Shown: positions 48,962-62,545, numbered from the stretch's first letter. The stretch is 64,000 nucleotides of DNA from Nemertoderma westbladi (GCA_032718475.1 JAUCBJ010003590.1:26230-90229), one strand, 5' to 3'. Notes: generated by a model not told the origin, from the sequence alone. Numbers and translations: made by a program.

Positions 48962-50035
48962 GGGGGGGGGGGGGGGGGGTATACCAATACTGGAAGAGTT
49001 TGAAAAAGCTTCGATGATTCAAACTTTGATGCTAGAAAAACTATATATGGAGTAAAAGGCAATAAAATGGAGCTTTCCATTTCTGTAGTCGAAATCTCAA
49101 AATACTCGTTTCTGATTGGCTGATGGCAAAAAAATTCAATTTTCATTGGATAGTCGTCTAAAACACTACTCCTCATTCAATCTTTGGTGGAATTTGCTGA
49201 AACTTGCTGAGAACATTCATGAGGTTATGTTGCCACAAAACTCTTTGACAGAATTTCAAATTTCACAAAAATTAAATTTTTAGGGCACTTTTCGTAATTC
49301 AAAATTTAGAAAATTTACCTTTTTCATACATATGACTACATTTTTGGTTATAAAATGAGAACAAAGTCGAATTTCGAAATTCTGTCAAAGAGTTATATTC
49401 TTATTGAGTTTATGATCAGAACAAAAAAACAGAATCAAAATCCATTGAGAAATGGCGGAGGAGTAGCATTTTGAAAAATTTAGAAAATCCCAAAATCGAG
49501 AAATAATAAAGACCAGTAAAATGCATTTAAAGTTTTTAAACCTTCCCGCGCAAAATGTCTCTCTGACTGTGTAATAATTAAAATGGTAATTTATGCCTCT
49601 TAATAACAATTAAAGAGGCAAACAGCTGGAATTTTCGCTTGTGGGGTTTTTGAGGTAGGTGATTTCATTTCAGATATTAGTTTTCATGCTGTGGCAAAAT
49701 CTAATCTGTCTGTCTGTCACAATGTGCGTCCGTCAATGGTCAGATGTCCGTCAGACAGAAACGATGGACAGACCGGCAGACAGACTTAGCTAACATTTAT
49801 TGACTTGGAGATTAGATTACCGAATTAAATTACAGTAAATAGGAATAAAACAAAAGTGTTAGCTGGATGGGGCGCTTTCTTAGACTTTGACGGACAAACT
49901 GATATTGCTTTATCAAATTTTGATCAGACAAACCCGACAGACTGATATAAATTCAACCATATCTATATATAGAAGTAGATAAAACCGTAATCTTGACCAA
50001 AATTAGTATACCCCCCCCCCCCCCCCCCCCCCCCC
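48962..50035. mobile_element. Kolobok-like MITE with TTAA TSD and homopolymer-G/C termini
   Basis: ttaa|G18-tataccaat ... attagtata-C25|ttaa. Internal blocks gaggagtagcatttt and aaccttcccgcgcaaaa are shared with 57475-57560. Confidence 0.72.
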
Positions 50036-50565
50036 TTAAAAAAATGCGGTCGTATTTAACTCTATTTTCAATTCATTTTTTATACCAGTTCAATAGGGGT
50101 TACATGGCCCCTCCCACATCCATGCCATGACCTTACTACTTATACAGTGATAAAGTACTTTACATAATGCGATGTAGATTTGTGTTGAGTGCAAAGCTGG
50201 TAACAATTAAACATTTCAAAATATTGGAAATCAATTAATTTATTATGTGTTTTTTTGTGTTAATAATGTTGGTATTAGTGGATATTTAGAGTATTTATAA
50301 AACTAGCAAAATTATTGAAGTTTATTTTGGTTTTGAAAGACATTTGTTTATTAATAAAAGCCTAGTTATTTCAAGTTTAGTGCCAAATTCCAATTCCGTT
50401 GTAAAAACTAAAAACTGGTGGCTTTTTAAAATTCTTCCAAATACTATTTCGATTTTTTTTATTAGATTCGTGATCGTGATGATGTCTGATTAATTATATA
50501 TATACCGGTACCTATGGGCTTCATATTGCGTTAATTGTTGCTAAACACTTTTATATGTCCACTAG

Positions 50566-53500
50566 GTGGGGCAATTCGCGACTATGGGTAAAGTGGTTCA
50601 GGTCAATGTCACGGTCAGCCCCCAGGCGTTAATGTCGCAGTGCGTCGAGCAGATTGTATCCACCGTGCGGACCAAGGTCGCAGAGCTGCGTGCCCAGGCA
50701 CCCCAGCGTCCCGTCGTCCTGATTGGCTGGCTGGTGGGCGCGGCCGTCGCCTGCACTGTATCGTTAGTCGAAGAGATCGCGGCTGTAGTATGTCTGGGAT
50801 TCCCTTGCACCGGGGTGGAGGGCTCCCGTGGGGACTGCGACGATCCCATTCTAGAACTCAAGACCCCATTGTTTGTGGCTATCGGACAGCACGCCACCAT
50901 GTGCCACATTGAAGAGTTGGAGACACTTCGTTACCAGATGGCGGCGCCTTCTGCCGCCGTTGTAGTGGGAGCCGGTGACAATGAACTCCGGGTGAACCAC
51001 TACCTGAAGAAACGTAAATCGGTTACACAAACCCTCGTCGATAAGGCCATCTTGGACGAGGTCTACAAGTTCCTGAGCACGGCTCTCACTGATCCCCTGG
51101 GGTTGTATGTTCCCGTTAGTAACACCGTTCCCATCCCCATGTTCCAATCGGTCCTTACAGACCCATCCAACCCGTCTGAGAGACCCCATAAACCGGTAAG
51201 AGTCAACAATCGCAACCTGTCCTCACCGGTCAAGAGAGGTTTCAGTCATGCCTTGGGTCTCACCAGTGGGGGTCCTGGTAGCTATATTAACCCGGCCGTA
51301 ACCTCCAAGTCGCAACACCAAGCCCAAACCTTACTCGCCGGAATGAAGAAGTCATCCTCCCAGTTGAGTGCCTTCCATGGTTACACCTTGCCCCCCGTTG
51401 GTTATAATAAACGGAAGGTGGAACCCACTACTCCCACCATATTAAAGAAGCACAAAGCTGATGGGGGATTGATATCTCCTCAGTCGGCTAAATCTGAGAG
51501 CAATAGCGAACTCCACGTGCAGACTTCATTGGCCGCAAACACCGGCGTCCCATTATCCTCTGTAGTTACTCCTGGAGGTTCAACCCATACATCCTTAGTT
51601 ACGTCTCCAAACTGTACCGTCCAATCAGATACTCCGTCAAATTCCAGAGGCGTTGGTGTTACTCAGAGAGACAAAGCCTTCGCTTCAACCCCCCACCAAA
51701 ATTCCACAGGGTGCCCCTCTTCAGAGCACTCTGATCAAAAACCAGTGGTTGGGGGTAATAATTCCGACGATACACCGCCAACCACACACCCAACCCAGCG
51801 CCCCACCTTGCAGCCAACCCACCGCCCCACCTTGCAGCAAACCCGACCCCCATCAACTACTGACCCCCCCGCTATACAATCCCGTGTGTGTCGATCCGCG
51901 CCGATTCCCTACCATTTACTCACTGGCCCTCCAACGCCGTTCACTAACAGACCAATCTACCAGCCAGCCTTCCCGTCACCCGCGATCTCCCAGTACCGAA
52001 ACTACCAGTACCAATCGGGGTTACCCGCCCTTGGGCCTTCCCTCGATACACAGCGACCACTCCCAAGCGTTCCGCAAGGAGGCGTCATATTCCCTCCTTC
52101 CGGGCCCGTGGTCTATCACCAGTACCCATCGACTGCTCCCTATGCTACTTGTAGACCTACCAACATAATGCCTCGATCCTTAAGCGACGGTGGTATCCCA
52201 CATGATGGCCGAGGGGACATAATCTCTCCATTTACTCCAAATCACCAGCAACAACCCATTATATCGACTCAGTTCAACAACACAACCATGGCCACCTACA
52301 GCGCGCACTCTGTGCCTCAACTGAACACTTTTATGGAATGGCGTCACCGCGGTTTCGTTAAATCTGAGTTGCAACATGTCAACCACAACAACCCGCTATA
52401 CTGCAACACTGGACAACATAACTCAATGCCAAGCTCCCCATATCTGATTGGCTCCGTGAGTGCCATGCCGAGTCCGAACAACCAGAGCCATTCGTTTTAC
52501 CAGGATGTCCCACCTGGTTACCTTGGCTACTCGTCTTTGCAGCAGGTCCACAACCTGACTGCCACACCGCTCAATATGCCCAGACGGGTTCCCAGTCCCA
52601 ACACACCCGGTTACCAAGGTTGCCACAACGCGCCTCAGCTCTATCGACTGGTGGGTATGAGCGGGGGTCAGCAGATTCTCCCTAACCCTCCCCCGCCCAC
52701 GGCTAATAGTCCAACATGCACGGTCGCTGTCATTTCTACAACTATCAGCGCCATTCCCACAGCTGTCAGTTCGATTCCTACAGATACCAGAACAGAATTG
52801 CATTGTCATCTTGAATCCACCGCGCTATGTACTACGGGGTCCAATCATCTGACCAGCAAACCGGCATATCCTTGTCCTTCTATTGCTGACAAAAGCATTT
52901 TCGCATCCGTTGGTCGTCTGGCCAAATCAGAAAACGAATGTGAATTATCGCGAATTGAAAGAGTTTGTAATAGAGGCAAACATTCCGGTGTTTCTGAGGA
53001 AAATGAAGCTGAAAAGACAATTGAGTCCGATATGGGAGTAGAGGATTCCGATAATATAAATCGAGGTGTTGTAACTCAAGGGGATGGCTCGTCTCTAAGA
53101 GATTCATCTGCGGTTGCTGCGGTCGATAGGGATGATGAAGTATCTTCTAAGTCGAGTCTTGAGTTCCTTGGGTTCATTGACGACGTCACGCCACCAGCCG
53201 ATACGCCGCCTGCCAACGTGGTCCTTGCCCAAGAGTCGGATACCTTGACAGTCACGCATCCTTCTACAGACCTAACTACTCCTCCAGTAGTATCTTGTAG
53301 TGATGGTAACGGGTTGGTTTCTCGTGAGTTACCTAGTAAGAAAAAACTGATAGCTCAGGAAAAAGAAACATTCACAGAGTCATCGGTCGAATGTAAAACT
53401 GGGAATAAGGAAGAATGTAAGCAACTTGAAGATGAGAAAAACTTGCCAATTGGTGACAAAAGTTCATATTTCAGGGATAAAGATTCATTGATGGGGGATA

Positions 53501-53742
53501 TGACGTCATTGAAAAGAGATGCAAGTGGAAACAGACGACGATCTAAACGATTTAAGGACACCGATGGCAACTCGAGCGGCAGTGATCGTCTCTCCAGCCG
53601 ATCTAAGGATTCCGATGGGAATGATAGCGGAAGTGAACCTCCGTCGAGTCGATCTAAGGTCTGTGGTATCAATCCGCGAACTAGTCTCAGATTGGGTCGA
53701 AGTAGAAGAAGTAGCTCTGATAGCCTCAGCTCAAACTATTAA
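50566..53742 (+). CDS. KANSL3: KANSL3 coding exon 2 (alpha/beta-hydrolase-like domain plus long low-complexity tail); spliced product 1321 aa
   Basis: Acceptor gtccactag|50566 gives KFW|VGQFATMGKV. PVVLIGWLVGAAVAC.VSLVE.IAAVVCLGFP..GVEG.RGD.DDPILELKTP.F..IGQ and VTQ.LVD.AI.DE match KANSL3. Confidence 0.9.
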   Translation: MGQFATMGKVVQVNVTVSPQALMSQCVEQIVSTVRTKVAELRAQAPQRPVVLIGWLVGAAVACTVSLVEEIAAVVCLGFPCTGVEGSRGDCDDPILELKTPLFVAIGQHATMCHIEELETLRYQMAAPSAAVVVGAGDNELRVNHYLKKRKSVTQTLVDKAILDEVYKFLSTALTDPLGLYVPVSNTVPIPMFQSVLTDPSNPSERPHKPVRVNNRNLSSPVKRGFSHALGLTSGGPGSYINPAVTSKSQHQAQTLLAGMKKSSSQLSAFHGYTLPPVGYNKRKVEPTTPTILKKHKADGGLISPQSAKSESNSELHVQTSLAANTGVPLSSVVTPGGSTHTSLVTSPNCTVQSDTPSNSRGVGVTQRDKAFASTPHQNSTGCPSSEHSDQKPVVGGNNSDDTPPTTHPTQRPTLQPTHRPTLQQTRPPSTTDPPAIQSRVCRSAPIPYHLLTGPPTPFTNRPIYQPAFPSPAISQYRNYQYQSGLPALGPSLDTQRPLPSVPQGGVIFPPSGPVVYHQYPSTAPYATCRPTNIMPRSLSDGGIPHDGRGDIISPFTPNHQQQPIISTQFNNTTMATYSAHSVPQLNTFMEWRHRGFVKSELQHVNHNNPLYCNTGQHNSMPSSPYLIGSVSAMPSPNNQSHSFYQDVPPGYLGYSSLQQVHNLTATPLNMPRRVPSPNTPGYQGCHNAPQLYRLVGMSGGQQILPNPPPPTANSPTCTVAVISTTISAIPTAVSSIPTDTRTELHCHLESTALCTTGSNHLTSKPAYPCPSIADKSIFASVGRLAKSENECELSRIERVCNRGKHSGVSEENEAEKTIESDMGVEDSDNINRGVVTQGDGSSLRDSSAVAAVDRDDEVSSKSSLEFLGFIDDVTPPADTPPANVVLAQESDTLTVTHPSTDLTTPPVVSCSDGNGLVSRELPSKKKLIAQEKETFTESSVECKTGNKEECKQLEDEKNLPIGDKSSYFRDKDSLMGDMTSLKRDASGNRRRSKRFKDTDGNSSGSDRLSSRSKDSDGNDSGSEPPSSRSKVCGINPRTSLRLGRSRRSSSDSLSSNY

Positions 53743-55035
53743 TTAACAGACTCTTACAAAATTAGTTATTGAGTTTTTGACACAATAGGGTTGGTGCGCG
53801 AAAATTGTTTGTATAGAAACAATTTAATAATAGGTTAAATACTTTCACTTTTCATTTAAAACCTAATTATTGAATACCGTCAATGGGTTTTTAAGATTCA
53901 GCCTTTAAATATCATAATCTACTTCTGAGATCTTTAATATTTAACCCGTTATTCAACTGGTTCTAAACAAACTATTTGTACGTGCGCCACATAGTTACGA
54001 AACATGACATTTTATGTAGACATTATTTTTATTTTCATTGATTTGATTAATTTACGTTTTAACTCATTATTATTATTGAAAATACTTTCTTTATTAACTA
54101 AACTAAGTTGAATACAAAAAAATTAGCAAACTAAAATATACTATTTATTGCAGTTGATATATAATAAGATGTAATCCCTTGTCTGTATTCTGTGAGCAAC
54201 TATACCATCTTTGCAGTATCGGTAAATTCTCAATGATACCCCATACCGGTACTCAATTTTTCCCAATTCTTCATCACCAGAGAATTTTTTTATTAGTGAC
54301 TTACATTCTCCGTCCATTGTTTCACATAAACCATAGAATAATACCGGCAAATCAAACTCTGTTGCTATAGCGAATTCTGGAATGTCTGATGTTTACGGAA
54401 TGAGATTGATCGTATCGTATTTGTGTCATACTAGTATCACCCAATTTGGATACGGTTGACTAAATGTACTCCACAGACGCAACACCTCATGCTTGGAAAA
54501 TATTAAGCGATGACTAAAAATTATTGTGTTCGTATATGTGATTTACTGGTTTTGGCTCCTCCACGATTATCGATTTTACAAACTGTATCTTGACTAACCT
54601 GCACAATTTGCAGTTTAGATATAACAGACATAATTCAAAAATTATGCATTTCTATGACATACTCTTGGACAACCCCAAAACCAATCTAAACGCATCGGAA
54701 TTGCGTCCATTCGTGACCTACAGCACTACAATACGGTTTAGTACAAACCCTGGCCAATTGTCAGTTAGGATGTCAGTTGCAAATGTTAAAAAAATATTAG
54801 CAGCAGGAAGTCAAAAATCAAAATTATCTTTATACTCGTTTCCATGGCAAAGGGATATGGCTAATTAGATGGTAAATAAGATGAGAGATCTTCGTCGTGA
54901 TGTATTATGTGCGCAAAAAGTTAGAACTCACACCCAGTTGGTTACTATGGCAACAACATGACAATTCCAGAGAGACATTTTATTTCATTTCTATTAAACT
55001 TAGTCATCATATTATCCATAGTTATCCAAATTAGC

Positions 55036-55134
55036 GTAAAGGGCACCCACCACTAGTAAAGGGCACCCACCACTAGTAAAGGGCACCCACCACTAGTAAA
55101 GGGCACCCACCACTAGTAAAGGGCACCCACCACT
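55036..55134. repeat. Perfect 20-bp minisatellite, 5 copies
   Basis: (gtaaagggcacccaccacta)5. Confidence 0.95.
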
Positions 55135-55581
55135 GGTATTTTAACATGTAGTCAGTTAACAACTTTTATTGTGGAGTTTGATGTTTTATCATCCTAAAAC
55201 TGAGCAAAATTAAATTTAGTGACTCCAAACAACTTCTAGCTAATCCATTTTTTTTATTAAAACCTCAAATGGCATTCAGTGAAGTTGTCAAAAACAAATT
55301 TTATTGTTAAATATTATTTACAACACTAAACAAAGACTACAAATTATTGCATCTTGAACTAATTGAACTCTATTAAGTTCAATTTGTGTTGAATCTGTTC
55401 AAATCATCTAGTGTCTTCGAGCAATAATTTTGACGGAAATGGAGCTGGGGCCATTTTATACACAAGAAGGCCCAAAGAGTGATGCTTTAGGGCCTTTTCG
55501 CTCAAAAATGGTTCCAAAGTATTGTTTAGCAAAATTACACGACATCCTTACAGTAGATCGACGATGAGCTACCCCCCACCC

Positions 55582-55619
<38 letters not shown>

Positions 55620-56947
55620 ATCCCCTCTCTGAAATCATTTGCGTTTTTATTTTGTTGAGCGCTGGACGGCTTGTATAAGAAGTTCTTAAAGGAAAGAATT
55701 AGTAGACAATACTAACCAGGTCGTATACTTTGCGCTGCACTATTGTACAAATGATTAAAGACAAACTTTTACTGGTAGACCTAATTTTTAGAACTAAATT
55801 ACAGATACTGTAGCTGTTATTCTGAGCGGATAAATAAAAAAATATATTATATATTTAAAATTGGGAAAGATATAACGTCGGTGTGTCGGACCTTCACAAT
55901 AAATTTATTATTTTGTTATTTTATTATTTTGTTATTTATTTATTTTGCAGTTGCTTGCTACATCATGTTCTGGGTGAGGAAACAATATTAATATAAGGAA
56001 ATATTATTAAGAAAGCAATAATTAATTCAACCGCACCACCTCGCCATTAGAATTAGGTTTGCAGTTGCCCGGCAACTTTCATAACATTCTAATTATCCTG
56101 CAAACTGTTATTGGTGTGTAGGCCTACAACAGTTTACCTTCAACAACTGGTACCGTCCGTACATCTTTATAGCGATAGCTGTACTACTGCATATAAAGAA
56201 AGCAGTTTATCCCATTTACAGTTGCAGTTAAGTAATTAAAGTAACAGAAACCCATAAAAAACGGATTCCTATATTATTCTTCATCGGTAATTCGGTGTTA
56301 TGAAACCAATTGGGAATAATTATTTAATTAAACAGATTAAATCAGTGTTGCAATATGGCACCTGGAGGGGGAGAAACACAGAAGGAACAGAATGACAGCG
56401 GAAACGGAGAAAAACAACCTAAAGTAGTTTCTATGTGTGTCGTTGAGATTTCCAGGTTGGTTTGTCCGAGCATTATAAGAGACAAGTTCAATTGTATGTA
56501 ATTGGTAGATTAGCGACAGAGAAATTTAAATTTTCCTGGCCATTTTGGCCAGGGATTACACAGAAAGTCTGACGACCTATTTCTGTGCTAATTTGGTCTT
56601 TTAATTATTAAATATAATTTACAATTAAATTATAATATACAGTAAGATGTACATCTATTGTATATACCTAATATACTGTATGTAGTAACTATTTACATAC
56701 TTGTGTGTAAATTAGCACTTTACAGTGTGATGATCCGCGTGCTTTGTTACACTAACGAACGTTAGTGAGTGAGTGAAAATAAAGCCACGAGGATAGAACA
56801 CTGTAAAGTACTTTGCAACAAGTATGTATGTAGTTTTATTCCAAAATTTTAACATTACGAAATGATTGTTTATATATTATAAGGAGAATGCAATAGAAAG
56901 AAAATGCACAAATTAATGAGTTGCTGTATAAATAAATGTAAAAACAC

Positions 56948-58110
56948 GGGGGGGGGGGGGGGGGGTGGGGGGTAACGCTATAATAACAGTCAATGAAAAC
57001 CAATGGTAACAGGACAAGGCAAGGCTTTGTCCAAATTGAACAATTTTTTGGTATAAAGTTCAATTGATAACTGAAGGTTGTTAAAAAAATTTTTTTCTTT
57101 GTAATATAGTTATAGTAATTTAGTGCTAATTAGTAGCATAAAATTATGACAATTACTAAAAACACTACTCTTCGTACAAACATTAGTTATATAACTACTG
57201 TACTGTAGTTATTTTCGTATTTATAATTAGGATCGATATATGTGTTGAATAAAAGTATTGGTCAAAATTTTTTGATAGTGATTATTTCCAATTTTATTAT
57301 CAAAGTAATTAATTAATTTCCTATTTTTCACAAAAGTTAGCATTTTAACATTTCGAAGCCTATCAAATTAGTTAGAATCAAAATTTTAAATTCTGAACAA
57401 AATTTTGAAGATACTGTACCAGGCATGAGGTCACTCTTTCCAAATTTCATGAAAAAATATTAAAAATTGGCAGAGGAGTAGCATTTTAAATTTCGTTGGA
57501 AGGAATAAATACCATTCCGAGATAATTTCCTTTAAAATTTGAACCTTCCCGCGCAAAAATTGTCTGTTTTATATGTGAGAATGTCTGTCAATTTATATCT
57601 ATCAACAAGAAAGCATAAAACCATGCTAAGATTATTGCTATGGGGGTTTTCCTGGTCGCTGATTTCATTTCTGAGGTCAGATTTCAATTTTAATGATATC
57701 TAGTTTGTCTGTATTTCTGTCTGTAATCATCAAGCAGAATTCATTTCGAGTGTCAATTTTAACATTTGATGACTTCCAAATTATTGTCTGTTTGGCTGTC
57801 AGAATGTCGGTTATATTTTGACAGACAGGCATACAGACGGAACCGACAAGGCCAAATTGATTAATGCCATCAGAAATGAAGTCACCGACCACAAAACCCC
57901 TACAGGTTATTTTTCAGACAGATAGTATGCTTTTTCTTGACGGACAGACATACTGACGGACAAACCGACAGGAAAACGGACAGACAGCCATATCTCGAGA
58001 AGTAAGCCAGATCTTGCTAAACGGTTTTCAAATTTGGAATCTTGATAAAAGTCTGCTCTAGATGAAATAAAAAGAAGTAGCGCTAACCCCCCCCCCCCCC
58101 CCTCCCCTCC
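56948..58110. mobile_element. MITE related to 48962-50035, with G-run and C-run termini
   Basis: Gn-taacgcta ... tagcgctaa-Cn inverted ends and shared internal blocks; TSD not clear. Confidence 0.55.
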
Positions 58111-58409
58111 TTCAAATATGTTATAAAAAAGTTAGCTTATATTTATGGTGGCGTTTGGAGCCATGTTAATACTTTATAGCTACTGGTTATTAATAGCTAC
58201 CGGTAGGTAATGCAGTACAGTAGGCCTATCTGGCTTTCAGGCAATTAATTATAAATGCCACCTATTGTTTACGTGATAACCAATGACGCCGTAACCAGCT
58301 CGCCGTCATTGGTTACCACATAAACAAGGGACATTACAACACCAATGCAATGTCCTGTACAGGTCAATATAATGCTGTAATGTCCTCTAAGGATGTAAAG
58401 TGCTAATGT

Positions 58410-58610
58410 GTGATCTGTGGTCGTTATGTTGCTGTGTATGGCTGACCACGAGATCAGGGGGCGCTATGTTGCTGGATCTGCCGGCACTGTCTGTGGCTGA
58501 CTGTGAGATCTGGGGTCGTTATGTCGCCGGATTCGCCAGCACTGTGTATGGCTGACGACGAAATCAGGGGGCGCTATGTTGCTGGATCTGCCGGCACTGT
58601 CTGTGGCTGT
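58410..58610. repeat. ~55-bp minisatellite (110-bp dimer)
   Basis: atcagggggcgctatgttgctggatctgccggcactgtctgtggctg occurs twice, 110 bp apart, with an intervening variant. Confidence 0.8.
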
Positions 58611-59006
58611 AGTAGGGGGCTGCAATTAGGGGGGGGGGGGGGGGGTCACTGAATTACGACACTATTGTGCGGGACATGGTGTACTGTATGTTGAGCCTCC
58701 AGGGGGCTGGAGGGAAGAACTGGTATTGTTTTCCATGGCTACCCTTCTTATGCAGTGGGCCTACTATTGAATGCAATACATTCAATGAGTAGTCCATTAA
58801 GGGCCCAATTGGAAAGTTTACATCATTATTGGCGGGTTGTTGTGTTTTAGCAACCATAGTAATAGGAGCATGTTCAATAATGCAAAGTAATCCAATGCTT
58901 ACCGTGCCAGCCTGTTTCGTTAGGCAGCTAGTGCTAATAAGTAAATTGATCTTTCAATTATATTAAAAGTGTAAAGAAGGTTACTTACTAATATCACTGC
59001 TATAAT

Positions 59007-59250
59007 GGTGTAAAGAAATAATCGGCATAACATTGTACCGACAGTTTGCAGATAATTTGCTGTCTATGTGCCGAGAGTGTCGGCGTTACGTTATGCCGAC
59101 AGCGTCGGCATTATGTTGTGCCGACAGTGTCGGCGTTAAGTTGTACCGACAGTGTCGGCGTTAAGTTGTGCCGATACTGTCGGCACAACTGTCGGCACAT
59201 TATCTGGACAGTGTCGCCACAGTGTCGGTACAACGTTTACACCCCTGCCA
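59007..59250. repeat. Short element made of palindromic gccgacagtgtcggc units with inverted ends
   Basis: Repeated tg(t/c)cgacagtgtcggc; ggtgtaaa / tttacacc near the ends. Confidence 0.55.
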
Positions 59251-59574
59251 TATTATGGATAGCCAGTAATCGTCAAGCAACATGACCTTCCAATAAACAA
59301 ACTGGTGTGTTTATAGTATAGATTGTCAGCATTCTTCAAGTATCGTCATCGTCATGCGTGACATTTAAATTATTGGTAGTGTATTTAATAATATTATTTC
59401 GGTATTAAAGATAGTTCATTATCTCAAATAATGTACACTTAATTTATTTTATAAGTATAGAGTTTATAAGAACACAAGGCTCAATTTCGTTTAGAAATGA
59501 TTACAAACAGTTTATGAATATTTTTCTGAACCAAATTGCGCTTCTTATTGTTGTTATTTAATTACCATTAATAA

Positions 59575-59910
59575 TGGTTGTCTGCTGTCGGTGGTCGGCT
59601 GGTTGGTTGTCTGCTGTCGGTTGTCCCCTGTCGGTGGTCTACTGTCGGCTGTCGGTTATCTGCTGTGGGTTGTCGATTGTCTGCTGTCTGTCTGTTGTCT
59701 GTCGGATGTCGGTTGTCTACTGTCGGCTGGTTGGCTGTCGCTGTCGATTGTCCCCTGTCAGTTGCCTGCTCTCGGTTGTCTGTCGGCTGTCTGCTATCGG
59801 CAGTCGGTTGTCTACTCTCGGTTGCCTGCTCTCGGTTGTCTGTCGGCTGTCTGCTATCGGCTGTCAGTTGTCTACTCTCGGTTGTCTGCTGTCGGTTGTC
59901 TGCTGCCGAT
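59575..59910. repeat. Low-complexity short-period tandem repeat (ctgtcggttgt-like)
   Basis: Repeated gttgtctgctgtcg / ctctcggttgtctgtcgg units; explains the three overlapping Cys/Leu/Ser-rich ORFs. Confidence 0.85.
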
Positions 59911-60475
59911 TGAAAGACACTAATACATTATTTTTTACACTTATATGTTTTATTTGTTTCAGTAAGAACTGGTGGCTACGGAACCAACGCAGACACTATC
60001 CCGGTAGTTATGGCTCCTCCGTATTCACTCCGCTGCCAGAAGGGGAAGCGAAGAAAAAGAAAAGATATAGAATAGACGACGACAACCATCTACAACGTAA
60101 ACACTTCCTACATCTAAACAACTGCGGTGTATTCCAAATGTAGTCAAACAATTAATTCAGTATTACTCAAATATATTCATATTCGAATTATTGGAATTCC
60201 GAGGTCTACACAAATATTCGTTTATTTATATGATACCTACCCATTTAATAATGTACATAGTAGTAATAAAAAGTCGTGTTAAAACTAACGACTTTTTTAT
60301 GTTACAAAGAAATTACAAAACGTCAGTTTTGGTTTCACCAGCGGCTGCGGCTCAATTATTATTATGAACGGGAAATGTTGAAATAAAATACGGAGTAAAG
60401 CCGGCTTACCGAACACAAATCGACTGGTCAGCCATAGTCATTCCACATAAGTTCTCAAGACCTGATTGGGCAAAC

Positions 60476-62545
60476 GATTTGTAAACATTGTGCTCACAGA
60501 TTGATATACACTGTGCTCACAGATTGATAAACACTGTGCTTAAGGAATGGTAAACATTGCGCTCACAGATTGGTCAATATTGTGCTCACGGATTAGTAAA
60601 CATTGTGCTTACAGATTGATAAACACTGTGCTCACGGATTAATAAAATGCACTCACGGATTGGTAAACATTGTGCTCACAAATTAACAAACACTGAGCTC
60701 ATGGATTGGTAAACATTATGCTCACGGATTGGTAAGCATTTGCGCTTACGTATTGGCAAACATTGTGTTCATTGATTGGTAAACATTGTGCTCACTGATT
60801 GGTAATAATTGTGCTCACATATTGTTAAACACTATGCTCACGGATTAATAAACACTGTGCTCACAGATTGATAAACACTGTGCCCGAGGATTAGTAAACA
60901 TTGTGCTCACGGAAGGGTAAACATAGCGCTCGCGGATTGGTAAACATTGTGCTCAAGGATTGGTAAACATTGTGCTCACAGATTGATACACTTTGCTCAC
61001 GGATTAATAAACACTGTTCACGGATTGGTAAACATTGCGCTCATGGATTGGTAAACATTGTGCTCACAGATTGATAAACACTGTGCTTTCGGATTAATAA
61101 ACACTGTGCTCACAGATTGATAAACACTGTGCTCACATATTGATGAACACCCTGCTCACAGATTGATAAACACTGTGCTCACGGATTAATAAACAATGTG
61201 CTCACGGATTGGTAATCATTGTGCTCACTGATTGATGAACACTGTGCTCACAAATTGATAAACACTGTGCTTTCGGATTGGTAAGCATTGTCCTCACGTA
61301 TTGGTAAACATTGTACTCATGGATTGGTAATCATTGTGCTCACTGATTGGTAAACATTGTGCACATGGATTGGTAAACATTGTGCTGACAGATTGATAAT
61401 CACTGTGCTCACGGATTAATAAACACTGTTCTCACAGATTGATAAACACTGTGTGTACAGATTAATAAACACTGCGCACATAGATTGATAAACACTATGC
61501 TTACGGATTAATAAACACTGTGCTCACAGATTGATAAACACTCTGCTCACAGATTGATAAACACTATCTCATAGACTGATCAACACTCTGCTCACAGATT
61601 GATAAGCACTGTGCTCACGGATTAATAAACACTGTGCTCACAGATTAATAAACACTGCGGTCATAGATTGATAAACACTATGCCCACGGATTAATAAACA
61701 CTGTGCACACAGATTGATAAACACTCTGCTCACAGATTGATAAACACTGTGCTCATGGATTGATAAACACTCTGCTCACAGATTAATAAACACTGTGCTT
61801 TCGGATTAATAAACACTGTGCTCACAGATTGATAAACACCGTGCTCACAGATTAATAAACACTGTGCTCATAGATTGATAAACACTCTGCTCACAGATTG
61901 ATAAATACTGTGCTCATAGATTGATAAATACTCTGCTCACAGATTGATAAACACTGTGCTCACGGATTAATAAACACTGCACTCACGGATTGGTAATCAT
62001 TGTGCTCACAGATTGATAAACACTGCTCACGGATTGGTAAACATTGCGCTCACGGATTGGTAAACATTGTGCTCACAGATTGATAAACACTGTGCTCACG
62101 GATGAATAAACACTGTGCTCACATATTGATAAACACTGTGCTCACAGATTAATAAACACTGTGCTCATAGATTGATAAACACATTGCTCACAGATTGATA
62201 AACACTGTGCTCACAGATTAATAGACAAGTGCGCTCATAGATTGATAAACACTGTGCTCACCGATTGATGAACACTGTGCTCACAGATTGATGAACACTG
62301 TGCTCACAGATTGATAAACACTGTGCTCACGGATTAATAAACACTGTGCTCACGGATTGGTAAACATTGTGCTCAAGGATTGGTAAACATTGTGCTCACG
62401 GATTGGAAAACACCTTGCTCATAGATTGGTTTACACTGTGCTCATGGATAGGTAAACATTTTGCACTCGTATTGGTGAACATTCTGCGCACGGATTTGTA
62501 AAGTGTGCGCATGGATTGGTAAACATTGTGCAAACGAATTTGTAA
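60476..62545. repeat. 23-bp satellite array, ~90 units
   Basis: Consensus cacagattgataaacactgtgct with variants cacggattggtaaacattgtgct and cacggattaataaacactgtgct; no unique spacers. Confidence 0.95.

Noticed and set aside
59574-59923. Cys/Leu/Ser-rich overlapping ORFs
   Set aside because: Products of a stop-free simple repeat in all three frames.
60476-62545. CRISPR-like array
   Set aside because: Contiguous 23-bp units with no unique spacers, in eukaryotic context with no cas genes.
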